Numbered from the stretch's first letter, positions 48,080 through 58,894 are shown. The stretch is DNA of 64,000 bases from an uncultured Candidatus Rokubacteria bacterium (GCA_963805625.1 CAWDVE010000010.1:1984001-2048000); one strand, 5' to 3'. Made by a program: numbers and translations. The notes: generated from the letters alone by a model not told the origin.

Positions 48080-48994
48080 ATGAGGAGCGATCCCGGACTC
48101 TACGACTACTGGCCCTACGTCGATCGCCCGCGGCTCACCTGGCCCAACGGGGCCCGGATCGCCTTCTGGGTGGCGCCGAACATCGAGTTCTACGAGCTCG
48201 ATCCGCCCGTCAATCCCACGTGGAAGGGGACGTGGGCCCGCCCGGTCCCCGACGTGCAGGCGTACTCCCACCGCGACTACGGGAACCGGGTCGGGGTGTG
48301 GCGGATGATGGAGGCGATGGACCGTTATGGCGTGCGGGGCAGCGTCTCGCTGAACGTCGCGCTCTGCGACCACCATCCGGAGATCATCGAGGCGTGCGCC
48401 GCGCGCAACTGGGAGCTCTTCTCGCACGGGATCTACAACACGCGGTTCACCTACGACATGTCGCGAGAGCAGGAGCGGGAGATCATCGAGGATTCCAAGC
48501 GGACCGTCAAGAAGTACAGCGGGCAGGACCTGGCCGGCTGGCTGGCCCCGGCGCTGACCAACACCGAGCACACGATGGACCTGCTCGCCGAGTGCGGCCT
48601 CCAGTACACCTGCGATCTCTTCCACGACGACCAGCCGGCGCCCGTCCACGTTCGGAGCGGCCGGCTCATCAGCATGCCGTACTCCCTCGAGATGAACGAC
48701 GTCATCGTGTACACCTACTACTTCGGGACGCCCCGCCACTACCGCGACCTCATCAAGGCGCAGTTCGACCAGCTGTATGCGGAGGGCGCGCGCTCGGGGA
48801 CGGTGATGTGCGTCCCGCTCCATCCGTTCCTGGTCGGCCAGCCACACCGCGTGGAGGCGTTCGCCGAGGCCCTCGAGTACGTCACGGGCCACGACGGGGT
48901 CTGGGTCACGACGGGCCGCGAGATCGCGGACTGGTACTATGCGCACCACTACGACACCGTCGCGGCGGCCATCGCCGCGCGGGCGGGAGCCTGA
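48080..48994 (+). CDS. Polysaccharide deacetylase-fold (PuuE-like) hydrolase
   Basis: WPNGARIA, RDYGNRVGVWR, DDQP, PYSLEMND, LHPFLVGQPHR. Confidence 0.88.
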   Translation: MRSDPGLYDYWPYVDRPRLTWPNGARIAFWVAPNIEFYELDPPVNPTWKGTWARPVPDVQAYSHRDYGNRVGVWRMMEAMDRYGVRGSVSLNVALCDHHPEIIEACAARNWELFSHGIYNTRFTYDMSREQEREIIEDSKRTVKKYSGQDLAGWLAPALTNTEHTMDLLAECGLQYTCDLFHDDQPAPVHVRSGRLISMPYSLEMNDVIVYTYYFGTPRHYRDLIKAQFDQLYAEGARSGTVMCVPLHPFLVGQPHRVEAFAEALEYVTGHDGVWVTTGREIADWYYAHHYDTVAAAIAARAGA

Positions 48995-48998
48995 CGCC

Positions 48999-49922
48999 AT
49001 GCCGGTGCCGGCGGACTACCTGCGCTACCCTCACCGATCCCGCGGGATGGACCACGACCGGTACGAGTGGTCGATCCTGGTCCGGCGCAAGCCGGTGGAG
49101 TGGCCGGGCCGCGCCCGGATCGCGTTGCTCGTGATGCCGGCGCTCGAGTGGTTCCCCCTCGACATGACCGGGAAGCCGTTCCGCGCTCCCGGAGGGCTCG
49201 AGCGTCCCTACCCCGACTACCGCTACTACACGAGCCGCGACTACGGCAACCGGGTCGGGGTGTTCCGGGTGATGGAGGTGCTGGACGATCTCGGGGTCCG
49301 GGCCTCGGTGGCGGTGAATTCGGCGCTGGCGGAGCGCCATCCGTTCCTGATCGACGAGGTGGCCCGCCGGGGGTGGGAGATCGTCGCCCACGGCGTCCAC
49401 ATGGACCGGCTGCACCACGGCGGCCTGCCGGTCGAGCAGGAGCGCCAGCAGGTGCAGGAGTCGGTCGGCACGCTGCGCCGGCGGTCCGGCCAGCCGGTCA
49501 CCGGATGGCTGTCACCGGCCCGGTCGGAGTCGCAGCACACGCTCGACCTGGTGGCCGCCGAGGGAATCGCCTACGTCTGCGACTGGGTCAACGACGACAT
49601 GCCCTATCCCATTCGCACCGCGCACGGCCCCATCTACGCGATGCCTCACTCCCACGAGATCGACGACCGGGTGATCCTGCTCGACCTCCACCACACGGAA
49701 GCCCAGTTCGTGGAGCAGGTCTCGGACCAGTTCGACGCGCTGTACCGGGAGGCCGGGCGCCACGGCGGCCGGATCATGGCCATCACGCTCCACCCCTGGG
49801 TGATCGGCCAGCCCTATCGGATCCGCGCCCTGCGGGCCGCCCTCTCGCACGTCCTGCGCCACGCCGGGGTCTGGTCGGCAACCGCAGCCGAGATCCTCGC
49901 CGCGTTCAGGGCCCAGACCTGA
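48999..49922 (+). CDS. Second polysaccharide deacetylase-fold (PuuE-like) hydrolase
   Basis: RDYGNRVGVFR, GWLSP, DWVNDDMP, LHPWVIGQPYR. Confidence 0.88.
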   Translation: MPVPADYLRYPHRSRGMDHDRYEWSILVRRKPVEWPGRARIALLVMPALEWFPLDMTGKPFRAPGGLERPYPDYRYYTSRDYGNRVGVFRVMEVLDDLGVRASVAVNSALAERHPFLIDEVARRGWEIVAHGVHMDRLHHGGLPVEQERQQVQESVGTLRRRSGQPVTGWLSPARSESQHTLDLVAAEGIAYVCDWVNDDMPYPIRTAHGPIYAMPHSHEIDDRVILLDLHHTEAQFVEQVSDQFDALYREAGRHGGRIMAITLHPWVIGQPYRIRALRAALSHVLRHAGVWSATAAEILAAFRAQT

Positions 49923-49958
49923 CGGCCGCCGCCGCCCCCTGGCCCGGGCGCCGCGAGA

Positions 49959-50567
49959 TCAGGGCAGCCAGGGATGCTCGGCCCGGTAGCGCTCCTCGAA
50001 GGCGGCGATCCGGTCCTCCAGGCCGAGCGTGCGGCCGATCTCGTCCAACCCCCTGAGCAGCGCTTCCTTCCAGAAGGCGTCCAGGGTGAAACGGTGGATC
50101 GCGCCATCGGCCGCGATCACGCTCTGGTCCGGCAGGTCGACGACGAGACGGCTGCCGGGATGGGCGGCGAGGCCCGAGCGGAGCGCCGCGACCGTGGCCG
50201 CCGGCAGGCGCACCGGGAGGAGGCCGTTCTTCAAGCAGTTGTTGTAGAAGATGTCGCCGAAGCTCGGCGCGATGACGGCCCGGAAGCCGTAGTCAAAGAG
50301 CGCGTACACCGCCCCTTCCCGCGAGGAGCCGCAGGCGAAGTTCTCGTTGGCGACCAGGATCCGTGCCGGCCGGTACGCCGGCCGGTTGAGGAAGAATTCG
50401 GACCTTTCCACGCCGGCGTCGTCGAGCCGCAGGTCGTGGAACAGGAAGCGCCCGTACCCGTCCTCTCGCGGGTACTTCAGGAACCGCGCGGGGACGATCT
50501 GATCGGTATCGACGTTGATCTCGTCGTAGGGCGCGGCGACGGCGTCGAGACGCGTGAACGGTTCCGT
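49959..50567 (-). CDS. leuD: LeuD-family small subunit with ACG at the expected start
   Basis: (ACG)EPFTRLDAVAAP...NVDTDQIVPARFL, in frame with NFACGSSREGA and APSFGDIF. Confidence 0.8.
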   Translation of the reverse strand, partial: TEPFTRLDAVAAPYDEINVDTDQIVPARFLKYPREDGYGRFLFHDLRLDDAGVERSEFFLNRPAYRPARILVANENFACGSSREGAVYALFDYGFRAVIAPSFGDIFYNNCLKNGLLPVRLPAATVAALRSGLAAHPGSRLVVDLPDQSVIAADGAIHRFTLDAFWKEALLRGLDEIGRTLGLEDRIAAFEERYRAEHPWLP

Positions 50568-50568
50568 C

Positions 50569-51978
50569 TCAGGCCCCCTCCAGCAGGCGTCGCACGTCCG
50601 TCAGCCGTCCCGTCACCGCGGCGGCCGCGGCCATGGCCGGGCTCATCAGGTGGGTGCGGGCGCCCCTGCCCTGTCGACCCGGGAAGTTGCGGTTCGAGGT
50701 CGACGCACAGCGCTCCCCCGCCCCGACCGCGTCGCCGTTCATCGCGACGCACATGGAGCAGCCGGCCTCGCGCCACTCGAAGCCGGCGTCGGTGAAGGCC
50801 CGGTGCAGCCCCTCCGCCTCGGCCTGGGCCTTGACCTCGCCAGACCCGGGCACCACGATGGCCGGCACCATCGCCTTCCGACCCCCGAGCACGGCGGCCG
50901 CGGCCCGGAGGTCCTCGATCCGGCTGTTCGTGCACGACCCGATGAACACCCGATCGATCGGGAGCCCGCTGAGCGGAGTGCCCGGTGTCAGCCCCATGTA
51001 CGCGAGGGCCCGCTCCACCGCGCGCCGCGCGTCGGCGGTGGCGACACTCGCCGGATCCGGCACCCGGCCCCCGATGGGCACGCTCTGCCCCGGCGTGATC
51101 CCCCAGGTCACCATCGGCGCCATCTCCCCGGCGTCGACGGTCACCTCGGCGTCGAAGCGAGCGCCCTCGTCGGTCGGGAGGGTGCGCCAGTAGGCCAGGG
51201 CCCGGTCCCACAGCGCGCCGGAGGGCGCGAACGGGCGGCCCTCGAGGTACCGGTATGTCGTGTCGTCGGGCGCCACCATGCCGGCCCGGGCCCCCGCCTC
51301 GATCGACATGTTGCAGACGGTGAGCCGCTCCTCGACCGACATGGCCGAGATCGCCGGACCGGCGTACTCGACGACGTGCCCGACCGCGCCGTCGGTCCCA
51401 ATCCGGGCGATGATCGCCAGGATGACGTCCTTGGCGCTCACCCCGCGGGGCCGCCTGCCCTCGACGGTGATCCGCATCACGCGGGGTTTGACCTGCCAGA
51501 TCGTCTGCGTGGCCAGGACGTGGGCGTTCTCCGACTGGCCGATCCCGAACGCGAAGGCCCCCAGGGCCCCGTGAGTCGAAGTATGGCTGTCCCCGCAGAC
51601 GATGACGAGCCCGGGCTGGGTGATGCCCTGCTCGGGACCGACCACGTGCACGATCCCCTGGCGCCGGTCGCCAAGCGGGAAGAGGTGGATTCCTCGACCT
51701 GCCACGTTCCGGTCGAATGTCTCGACCATCCGGCGGATCTCGGGCGTCGGGGCGTCCGCGAGCGACCGGCTGACCGTCGGCACGTAGTGGTCGGGCGTGC
51801 CGTACGTCTGGCCCGGTCGGCGCAACCCGAGCCCGCGCCGGCCGAGGTCCGCAAAGGCGTGGAACGAGCCGTCGTGGATGATGTGGCGATCGACGTAGAG
51901 CAGGCAAGGCTCGTCGCGGCGAGCCAGCACGAGGTGGCTCTCCCAGATCTTGTCGAACAGGGTCCGCGGTTCCGCCAT
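50569..51978 (-). CDS. leuC: LeuC-family large subunit (second paralog)
   Basis: [38 protein letters not shown]. Confidence 0.9.
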   Translation of the reverse strand: MAEPRTLFDKIWESHLVLARRDEPCLLYVDRHIIHDGSFHAFADLGRRGLGLRRPGQTYGTPDHYVPTVSRSLADAPTPEIRRMVETFDRNVAGRGIHLFPLGDRRQGIVHVVGPEQGITQPGLVIVCGDSHTSTHGALGAFAFGIGQSENAHVLATQTIWQVKPRVMRITVEGRRPRGVSAKDVILAIIARIGTDGAVGHVVEYAGPAISAMSVEERLTVCNMSIEAGARAGMVAPDDTTYRYLEGRPFAPSGALWDRALAYWRTLPTDEGARFDAEVTVDAGEMAPMVTWGITPGQSVPIGGRVPDPASVATADARRAVERALAYMGLTPGTPLSGLPIDRVFIGSCTNSRIEDLRAAAAVLGGRKAMVPAIVVPGSGEVKAQAEAEGLHRAFTDAGFEWREAGCSMCVAMNGDAVGAGERCASTSNRNFPGRQGRGARTHLMSPAMAAAAAVTGRLTDVRRLLEGA

Positions 51979-53021
51979 GGATGGCCCAAACTATAGCACC
52001 GATGGCGGACCGCCCGCTGCCGCGCATCCGTCTCGTCGTGCGTGCTGACCATCACAACGGATGCGGCCCGATGATTCAATCAGGGTCTGGGCAAAGAGCA
52101 CGAGAGCGGACCACGTCGCTTTGACCTGGGCATGCCGCTCTAACGAATACCTGGATCCCCGCTCGTATCGGGCTTTCGCCACCGGCTCGATGGCGGCGAG
52201 CCTGCCCGATCTCAACCCGACCGGCGTCTTCGAGCAAGGCCGCGCTGAATGCGCTCAAACCGAAGCCTCCGTTCCCGGTGCTCACGATGAGCGAGGAGTG
52301 CCGGCTCGGGCGCGAGCAAATCGAGACCGCGTACGCGCTGAAGCAAATCGACCCAGCGCCACCAGCACCACGACGGCAAGCCGGCCCCGGGTTGGATCGC
52401 GCCAGGCGGGGCGGCTCTCAGAAGTGGAGAAGCGGCTGCAAGGGCTGCAAGCCCAGCACCATACGGCCTGCATCCTCGTGCTGTTGAGGGCCATGCCGAT
52501 ATGCTGGAAGAGGGGCTGGTGACGGTAGTGAGCACTCATCAGAAAAATGAGGAATTCGGCACATTGCCGCGCGTGCCAAAGAGCGGCTGAATGGGGCCTG
52601 CGGGGAAGAGGATCCCGCGTGGGTAGCCTCAATCAAAGGAGGGGCATGGAGGACGCTCCACCCGGCCCTAGAGAAGCACCGCCAGGCGGCGTTGGTCCTT
52701 CGTGCCGAGAGTCGCCCAGCGGTGCCGAGTACGTAGTACCAGGATCCTGGCACTTGCCGGGACGGTGCAGGCGAGAACCTGCCCAGACCAAAAGGGCGGC
52801 CGGAGCGGTTGGCCGCCCTAGTTCTTTCTACGGGTCGCCCGCTCCCGAACCAGGGTCAGGGCATTGGCGGTGGACAGATGGAACCGCCCCAGCTCCAGCC
52901 GTCCAGCCTTCACCTTGGAGAGGTCAACGTCTCCGCCGACGCCGACCCGGTCACCAGGGTCAGCACGACGGCGAAGACCAGCAGCACCCGCGTTCGCTGT
53001 CGTTCCGCGGGTCCGAGCATG

Positions 53022-54755
53022 TCAGGAGAGGGATTTGGACACGCTCGCCTCTCGCTCAGCTCCCGCAGCGTGCATCGCCGCGAGGTACCCGAACGTCATC
53101 GCCAGTCCCAGTTGCGACCCGGCGCCCGGGTACTCGCCGCCCATGACGGAATGCATGTCATTCCCGCACGCGTACAGACCCGTGATCGCTCGGCTGGAAC
53201 CATCGAGCACTTGGGCGTGAAGGTTCGTGCGCAACCCCAAGCTGGTGCCGAGCGGGGTCGGGACGACCGCGACCGCGCAGTACGGTGGCTTCGTCAGCGG
53301 TCCGAGACACGGGTTCGGCGAATACTCAGGATCGCCGTTTGCGCGGTCGTAAGCGTTGCTCCCTTTGCCGAAGTCGGCGTCCACTCCGGTCCGGGCGAAC
53401 ACGTTGTGCGCCCTGATCGTCTCGACCAGGCCCGCGGCGTCGACGCCTATCTTGCGGGCCAGGGCCTCCACCGAGTCCGCGACGTGGAGGTAGCCGCTGT
53501 CGACAAACCGCTTCAATCTGAACGTACGAGGTCTGATCGTCCCCAAACCGTACTTCCAGAGGAACCGTCGGTCGCAGACCAGCATGGCGGGGATGCTCGG
53601 AACGCTCCGGTGTGAGCGGTACATCGCGCGCGTGAACTCGTGGTACGACACCGCTTCGTCGACGAACCTCTGTCCCGCCGAATTGACGGCCACCAGACCC
53701 GGCTTCGCGCGGTCCAAAACGATGTGCGGGTACACCGCCGTCGACCCGTCCTTGCGGGTCGCGATCGAGCTCGGGAACCAGAGCGCGTTGTCCGCTCCCG
53801 AAGGGCCGAGGGAGGCGCCGATCTCCTGGGCCAGCAGCAGCGTCTCTCCCACGCACCCCTCGAATGCGGCCGTATGCTGCGCCACTGGCTTGGGCAAGTA
53901 GCGCTCGCGGAGCCCCGGGCTCGCGGGGAAGCCTCCACCGGCGAGCACGACTCCGCGCGTCGCGCGCACCCGCACCTCCGAGCCGTCTCGCTCGACGACA
54001 AGACCGTCGGCGCGCCCGTCCTCCGAGATGAGCCGCGTGGTCCGGCCGTTGAACCAGATCGCGACGCGGCGATCGAGTAAGCTCTTGAAGAGTCTCGCCG
54101 CTAGCGCGTTCCCCAGCACGAGTCGCGTCCCACGCGTGTGACGCCAGCGATCCCGGACATAGCGCGCACTCAACGTCACTCCCAGCCGCAATGCATCCCA
54201 CGATCTCGGGATCCGCAAGAGGCGTGCCACCTCGCCGCGGGTCACCATCATCCCGCCGAACAGCATGAGCTCCGGCAGGGGCCAGCGCACCCGATCGAAC
54301 GCCTGGCCCAGCGTGCGCCCGTCGAACGGCAGTGGCTCCAGCGGCCGCCCGCCTTCCGCTGCCCCCGGCAGCTCCTGGCGATAGTCCGGATGGTGACGAT
54401 AGATCTGGAAGCGGACATCTGCGCGGGTCTCAAGATACTCCAGCATCTGGGGTCCCGCGGCGATGAAGGCCTCGCGTAACGTGCGATCTGCGCGGCCGTC
54501 GACGAGCGCATCCAGGTAGCGGAGCGCCGCCTCTGCGTCGTCGGTGATGCCGAGGCGGCGTTGCTGCGCATTATTCGGAATCCACACGCTCCCAGACGAA
54601 CGGGCCGTGGTCCCGCCGATTTGATCGCTTCTTTCGATCACGAGGGTACGCATACCCTCGATCGCCGAGACGAGCGCCGCGGTCATGCCGCCCGCGCCGG
54701 CGCCGAGGACGACCAGGTCGTACTCCTCATCCCAGCGTGACGCCGTCGATCTCAC
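53022..54755 (-). CDS. FAD-binding dehydrogenase (3-ketosteroid dehydrogenase/SdhA-like family)
   Basis: VLGAGAGG, GGTTARSSG, GGFP, RFVDEA, GLYACGND, YPGAG. Confidence 0.88.
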   Translation of the reverse strand: MRSTASRWDEEYDLVVLGAGAGGMTAALVSAIEGMRTLVIERSDQIGGTTARSSGSVWIPNNAQQRRLGITDDAEAALRYLDALVDGRADRTLREAFIAAGPQMLEYLETRADVRFQIYRHHPDYRQELPGAAEGGRPLEPLPFDGRTLGQAFDRVRWPLPELMLFGGMMVTRGEVARLLRIPRSWDALRLGVTLSARYVRDRWRHTRGTRLVLGNALAARLFKSLLDRRVAIWFNGRTTRLISEDGRADGLVVERDGSEVRVRATRGVVLAGGGFPASPGLRERYLPKPVAQHTAAFEGCVGETLLLAQEIGASLGPSGADNALWFPSSIATRKDGSTAVYPHIVLDRAKPGLVAVNSAGQRFVDEAVSYHEFTRAMYRSHRSVPSIPAMLVCDRRFLWKYGLGTIRPRTFRLKRFVDSGYLHVADSVEALARKIGVDAAGLVETIRAHNVFARTGVDADFGKGSNAYDRANGDPEYSPNPCLGPLTKPPYCAVAVVPTPLGTSLGLRTNLHAQVLDGSSRAITGLYACGNDMHSVMGGEYPGAGSQLGLAMTFGYLAAMHAAGAEREASVSKSLS

Positions 54756-54867
54756 ATTGACGCCTCGATCGGTGCCATATCCATCGCTCCCCCGCATGGT
54801 CACGGAGCTCCCCTGCGTTCGCCGCGATGTCGCCGGGCACCACGGTCGGCGAGGGCGACGGAAGCGG

Positions 54868-55275
54868 TCATGGTTTGCGGCGGCCGTCGACGGGCTTCGC
54901 CTGGGGCATGTCAGCCGGGGGGGATGCCACCACAATGAAGATCAGGTCCTCCAGCCCCGTGTTGAAGATCCCGTGCCGCACTCCGGCGGGGATGTGCACG
55001 ACCATGTGGGGCTCCACGAGATGCCTCTTCCCGTCCAGTTCCACCATCCCCTTGCCCTGAAGGACGTAGTAGATGTTCTCCGCGACCTCGTGGACGTGGA
55101 CCTCGGCGTACCCCTTCGGCTGATAGCTGGAGATCCGGAAGTCGAAGTACCGCGTGTCCGCATTGCTCGGATGCACCAGCATCTTCGAGAAAGCCTCGAA
55201 GTGTCCGGGAGGCTGCTCCCAGAAGGCCTCCTCGGCTCGCATCACCTTCGCTTTGGGTTTCGTCCCTTTCCTCAT
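54868..55275 (-). CDS. Cupin domain protein
   Basis: GGAGGA SD; HVHEVAENIYYVLQG, IPAGVRHG. Confidence 0.85.
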   Translation of the reverse strand: MRKGTKPKAKVMRAEEAFWEQPPGHFEAFSKMLVHPSNADTRYFDFRISSYQPKGYAEVHVHEVAENIYYVLQGKGMVELDGKRHLVEPHMVVHIPAGVRHGIFNTGLEDLIFIVVASPPADMPQAKPVDGRRKP

Positions 55276-55764
55276 GGCTCCTCCCTGGGCTCGGATTTCA
55301 GACGGAACCGGGCCCCGTCCGAGCCACGGGATCCATCCGGCCCGGCTGGCCCTGGCACGCGGCCACGCAATCCGCGCGTCCTCAGACAATCCTCTCGTGG
55401 CGCGAGCACGCTTACGCGACCGATTCGAGCGACACACGGCACCCTTGACGTCCCATGGCCATGAAGGGTACGCCGCATGATCGCCTGGCATGCCGACGAC
55501 GGACGGCCTCCGGGCCTCATCGAAGGAGTCTTCCCGAGAGTCCGTCGACCCGCCGTGGTGATAGTCCCTCGACGCGGTGCACGGTCGGCCGTCAAGCGCC
55601 GCCGCCTCGTCCGGCTCGGGCGGGAAATCACCTCCGTCGGAAGTCGTCGCCTCCATCGCGCGCGGGAAGCGGAGCTTCCCCCGGTGAGTCGAATGACGGA
55701 CGTACCCACGACCTCCGGGGCCTGCCCGGTGCTCCGATCCCCGTAACGGCTGCCGGGGCGCCAA

Positions 55765-57555
55765 TCATCGATCGGATCGCACTCGATACGTGGGGACAAA
55801 TGGCTTGAGAGGAGGCAGCACCCACCCCCCAGTAGCGACTGGACGCTCGTCAGACTGCACCGGAACGTCGATGACGGACGGACCGTTGGAGGCGAGTGCG
55901 GCAGCCAGGGCCTCACCGAAGTCGTTGGGCTTCTCGACCCGGTACCCGTCCGCCCCCATGGCCCGGGCCAGCGCGGCGAAGTCGGTGCTCACGAGATCAC
56001 CCGTGCGCCCGTCGCGAAAGCGCGTGGCCAGCTCGCGCGGACCAAACGCCCCGACCTGAAGATCGCGAATGGACACATAGCCGCCGTTATTCCACACGAC
56101 CCACACCGCCGGGACATGGTACTCCACGGCCGTGGCCACGCTATGCGCAGCCATCAGAAAGCCCCCATCGCCACACACCGCGATAGCCGGGCGCTCGGGC
56201 GCGGCGAGCTTGGCGCCCACGACGCCGCAGACGGCGAAGCCCATCGATCCGAAGCCCCAGGACTGAAGAAACGATCGGGGCCCCCGCACCTTGAGGCGCT
56301 GGACCAGCCAGTTGTGGTGCACGCCGACGTCGGAGAGCACGATGGCTTGGTCGTCCAGCACGCGCGACAAGGTCGCCACCACGCGTTCCGGGTGGAGCGG
56401 AACGCCTTCAGTCTCGGCCAGCGGGCCCCGGTCCATTTCCCAGAGGTCCCGGGCGGCCGCCAGACGCTTGACCCACTCCGCGTGCCGTCCCTTCGGGGTC
56501 TCGCGGTGCTCGATCTGCGCTATGAGCTGGCGCACCACGGTCCGGGCGTCGCCGAGGACACTGACGGCCACCGGGTAGTTTCGGCCGATCTCGGAAGGAT
56601 CCACATCCACCTGGATGAGCTTGGTCGGCGGAATGCTGAACGTGTATCCGGAGATCCAGCTGCTCGACATTCGATCGTCGAACCGCGCGCCAAGGGCCAG
56701 GATCACATCGGCATTGCGGGTCGCCTCGTTGGCGGCGTAGGCGCCGTTGCGGCCGACGTTGCCGAAATACAATGGATGGTCGGCGGCAAGGACGCCCGCG
56801 GCCAGCGGTGTACTCACGGTTGGCACGTTGAGACGCTCGGCCAGCGCCTGCACGTCCCGCTCGGCTTCGGAGAGCACGCAACCTCCGCCCACCAGCACCA
56901 CGGGCTTCGTGGCTCCGAGCAGAAGCTCGAGTGCCGCCAACAGCCGCTGGTCTTCCGCAGCGCTTCGGGCGCGCGCCACATCCCCGACCGGTTGCTCCCA
57001 CTCGTCCCCGGCCTCGACCCTCTCCACGAACAGATCGAGCGGCACGTCGACCTGCACCGGACCCGGGCGTCCACCGAGCATCTCCTGAAACGCCAGCCGC
57101 ATCGCCAGCGCCAACTGGTCAGGCCTGGTCGGCTGGAAACTGCGCTTGACATACGGCCGAAGGACCGACGGAAAGTCCGCCTGATGGTGCCGGTACGTCT
57201 CCTGGAACGCGCCACGGTTGAACTGAACACTCGGCACGTTGCCCGTGATGGCGAGGAGCGCGGAGGAATCCATCATGGCTGACGCGATGGCCACGGGGAG
57301 ATTCGCCGACCCCGGTCCGCAGGACGTGAACGTGACGGCCGGCCGGTGCAGTACGCGCCAGTACGCGTCGGCCATGTGTCCCGCCGCCTGTTCATGATGG
57401 ACGGACACGGTCCGGATCTGATCCTGGACATCGTAAAGCGCGTCCAGGAGACCGATGTTGCCGTGGCCGCACAGTCCGAACGCGAAACGGACGCCTTCGC
57501 ACAGCAGCCTGTCCACAATGACCTGCGCCCCGGTCTTAGAGAGCGTCGTGACCAT
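55765..57555 (-). CDS. Thiamine pyrophosphate-binding protein (acetolactate synthase-like)
   Basis: GLCGHGN, HEQAAGHMAD, GPGSAN, GDGGF...WNN. Confidence 0.9.
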   Translation of the reverse strand: MVTTLSKTGAQVIVDRLLCEGVRFAFGLCGHGNIGLLDALYDVQDQIRTVSVHHEQAAGHMADAYWRVLHRPAVTFTSCGPGSANLPVAIASAMMDSSALLAITGNVPSVQFNRGAFQETYRHHQADFPSVLRPYVKRSFQPTRPDQLALAMRLAFQEMLGGRPGPVQVDVPLDLFVERVEAGDEWEQPVGDVARARSAAEDQRLLAALELLLGATKPVVLVGGGCVLSEAERDVQALAERLNVPTVSTPLAAGVLAADHPLYFGNVGRNGAYAANEATRNADVILALGARFDDRMSSSWISGYTFSIPPTKLIQVDVDPSEIGRNYPVAVSVLGDARTVVRQLIAQIEHRETPKGRHAEWVKRLAAARDLWEMDRGPLAETEGVPLHPERVVATLSRVLDDQAIVLSDVGVHHNWLVQRLKVRGPRSFLQSWGFGSMGFAVCGVVGAKLAAPERPAIAVCGDGGFLMAAHSVATAVEYHVPAVWVVWNNGGYVSIRDLQVGAFGPRELATRFRDGRTGDLVSTDFAALARAMGADGYRVEKPNDFGEALAAALASNGPSVIDVPVQSDERPVATGGWVLPPLKPFVPTYRVRSDR

Positions 57556-57649
57556 CTTCCGCCTCCCGTCCTCTCGGCCGCCCGGGCCACGGTCTGCCCG
57601 AGGCAGCGAACACGCAAGGACGCGGCCTATCGCACATCCTGTTCAGTGC

Positions 57650-57725
57650 TGAGGGAAGTGAAGGACTCGAACCCGCGACCTCCGGATTGGCGGTCCAGTG
57701 TGCGTAGCGGCTGCACCCCAAGCTC
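57650..57725 (-). pseudogene. Degenerate tRNA-like sequence
   Basis: D stem GTGC/GCAC, anticodon arm CTGGA-CCGCCAA-TCCGG, AGGTC, GCGGGTTCGAGTCC; acceptor stem does not pair. Confidence 0.5.
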
Positions 57726-57901
57726 GACCAGATCGGACCGTATCACGCGTCTCTGGGAGGATCAAACACTGCAGCGTCTGGACGCATCTCACCGCCGCCG
57801 ATACTTGGCCTTGGCTTCGAGGTGGCGCCTACGCGTCCAGCCGTTCTCGGCCAGCCCCTGCGTCCCCACGGGGCATCGCGGCCATCCCTTATGATGAGGG
57901 G

Positions 57902-58708
57902 GTGCCACGGCTCGAGCGCGCGGGGTTGGTCACGGCCTACGCCGTCGAGGGCGCCGGGCCGCCGGTCCTCCTGATCCATGGCGTGGGCGCCCGACTCGAC
58001 GCCTGGGACGGAGTCGTGGCGGCGCTCGGCGGGTGCTTCACGACGATCCGCTTCGACCTCCGCGGCCACGGCGAGTCCTCGAAGCCACCGGGCCCGTACT
58101 CGGCCGCGCTCTTCGCCGAGGACGCGCGCGTGCTGCTCGACCACCTCGGCATCGGCCGGTGCCACGTCGCAGGTCACTCGCTGGGCGCTACGGTTGCCCT
58201 CCGCCTGGCCCTCGACCAGTCCGACCGCGTCGAGGGCCTCGCTCTCCTCAGCGCCGCGGCAGGCCGCACCGAGGAGGAGCGGCAGCGCGTGCTGGAGCGG
58301 CTCGTGATCGTTGAGCACGGCATCCCCGGCGAGCACTTTCGCCGCTCGCTCTCCCGGTGGTTCTCGGACGAGTTCCGGCGCGCCAACCCGGAGCTGCTCG
58401 AGCGATACGCGGCGCGCAATATGGAGAATGACCCGCGCGCTTATGCGGCGGCCTATCACGTCCTCGCCACGACGGACCTCGCCGAGGAGGCCGCGCGGGT
58501 CCGCGTCCCGACGCTCATCGTGACGGGCGAGGGTGACGTCGGCTCAAACCCGCGCATGGCCCGGCTCCTGCACACGCGGATCCCCGGCTCGCGGCTCGAG
58601 ATCCTGCCCGGGCTCCGGCACGCGATACTGATCGAGGCGCCCACGCTCGTCGCGCGACTGCTCGCCGGCTTCTTCGCCGGCTCCCCGAGCGGCGCGGGGC
58701 GGGGTTGA
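57902..58708 (+). CDS. Alpha/beta hydrolase (3-oxoadipate enol-lactonase-like)
   Basis: LIHGVG, DLRGHGES, GHSLG, GEGD, LRH. Confidence 0.85.
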   Translation: MPRLERAGLVTAYAVEGAGPPVLLIHGVGARLDAWDGVVAALGGCFTTIRFDLRGHGESSKPPGPYSAALFAEDARVLLDHLGIGRCHVAGHSLGATVALRLALDQSDRVEGLALLSAAAGRTEEERQRVLERLVIVEHGIPGEHFRRSLSRWFSDEFRRANPELLERYAARNMENDPRAYAAAYHVLATTDLAEEAARVRVPTLIVTGEGDVGSNPRMARLLHTRIPGSRLEILPGLRHAILIEAPTLVARLLAGFFAGSPSGAGRG

Positions 58709-58894
58709 CGCACCTGCCGGCCTGTCCTACGGTGCCTTGCACCGATGCCCGGCCGCCGCCTCATGACCGGCTCCGCGAGCACTTCAGGGGCGCCCAGGCC
58801 GACGAGAGGCAGGAAAAGGTGGGCGCGCCCGACGTACCGCCGGCCGCGCATGCGTGATCGTCGGCGGGCAGTCGGGCGCGCCGCACGGGCCCAA

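Noticed and set aside
55575-55620. CCGGACGAGG start resembling a guanidine-III riboswitch (minus strand)
   Set aside because: Downstream pseudoknot elements are absent
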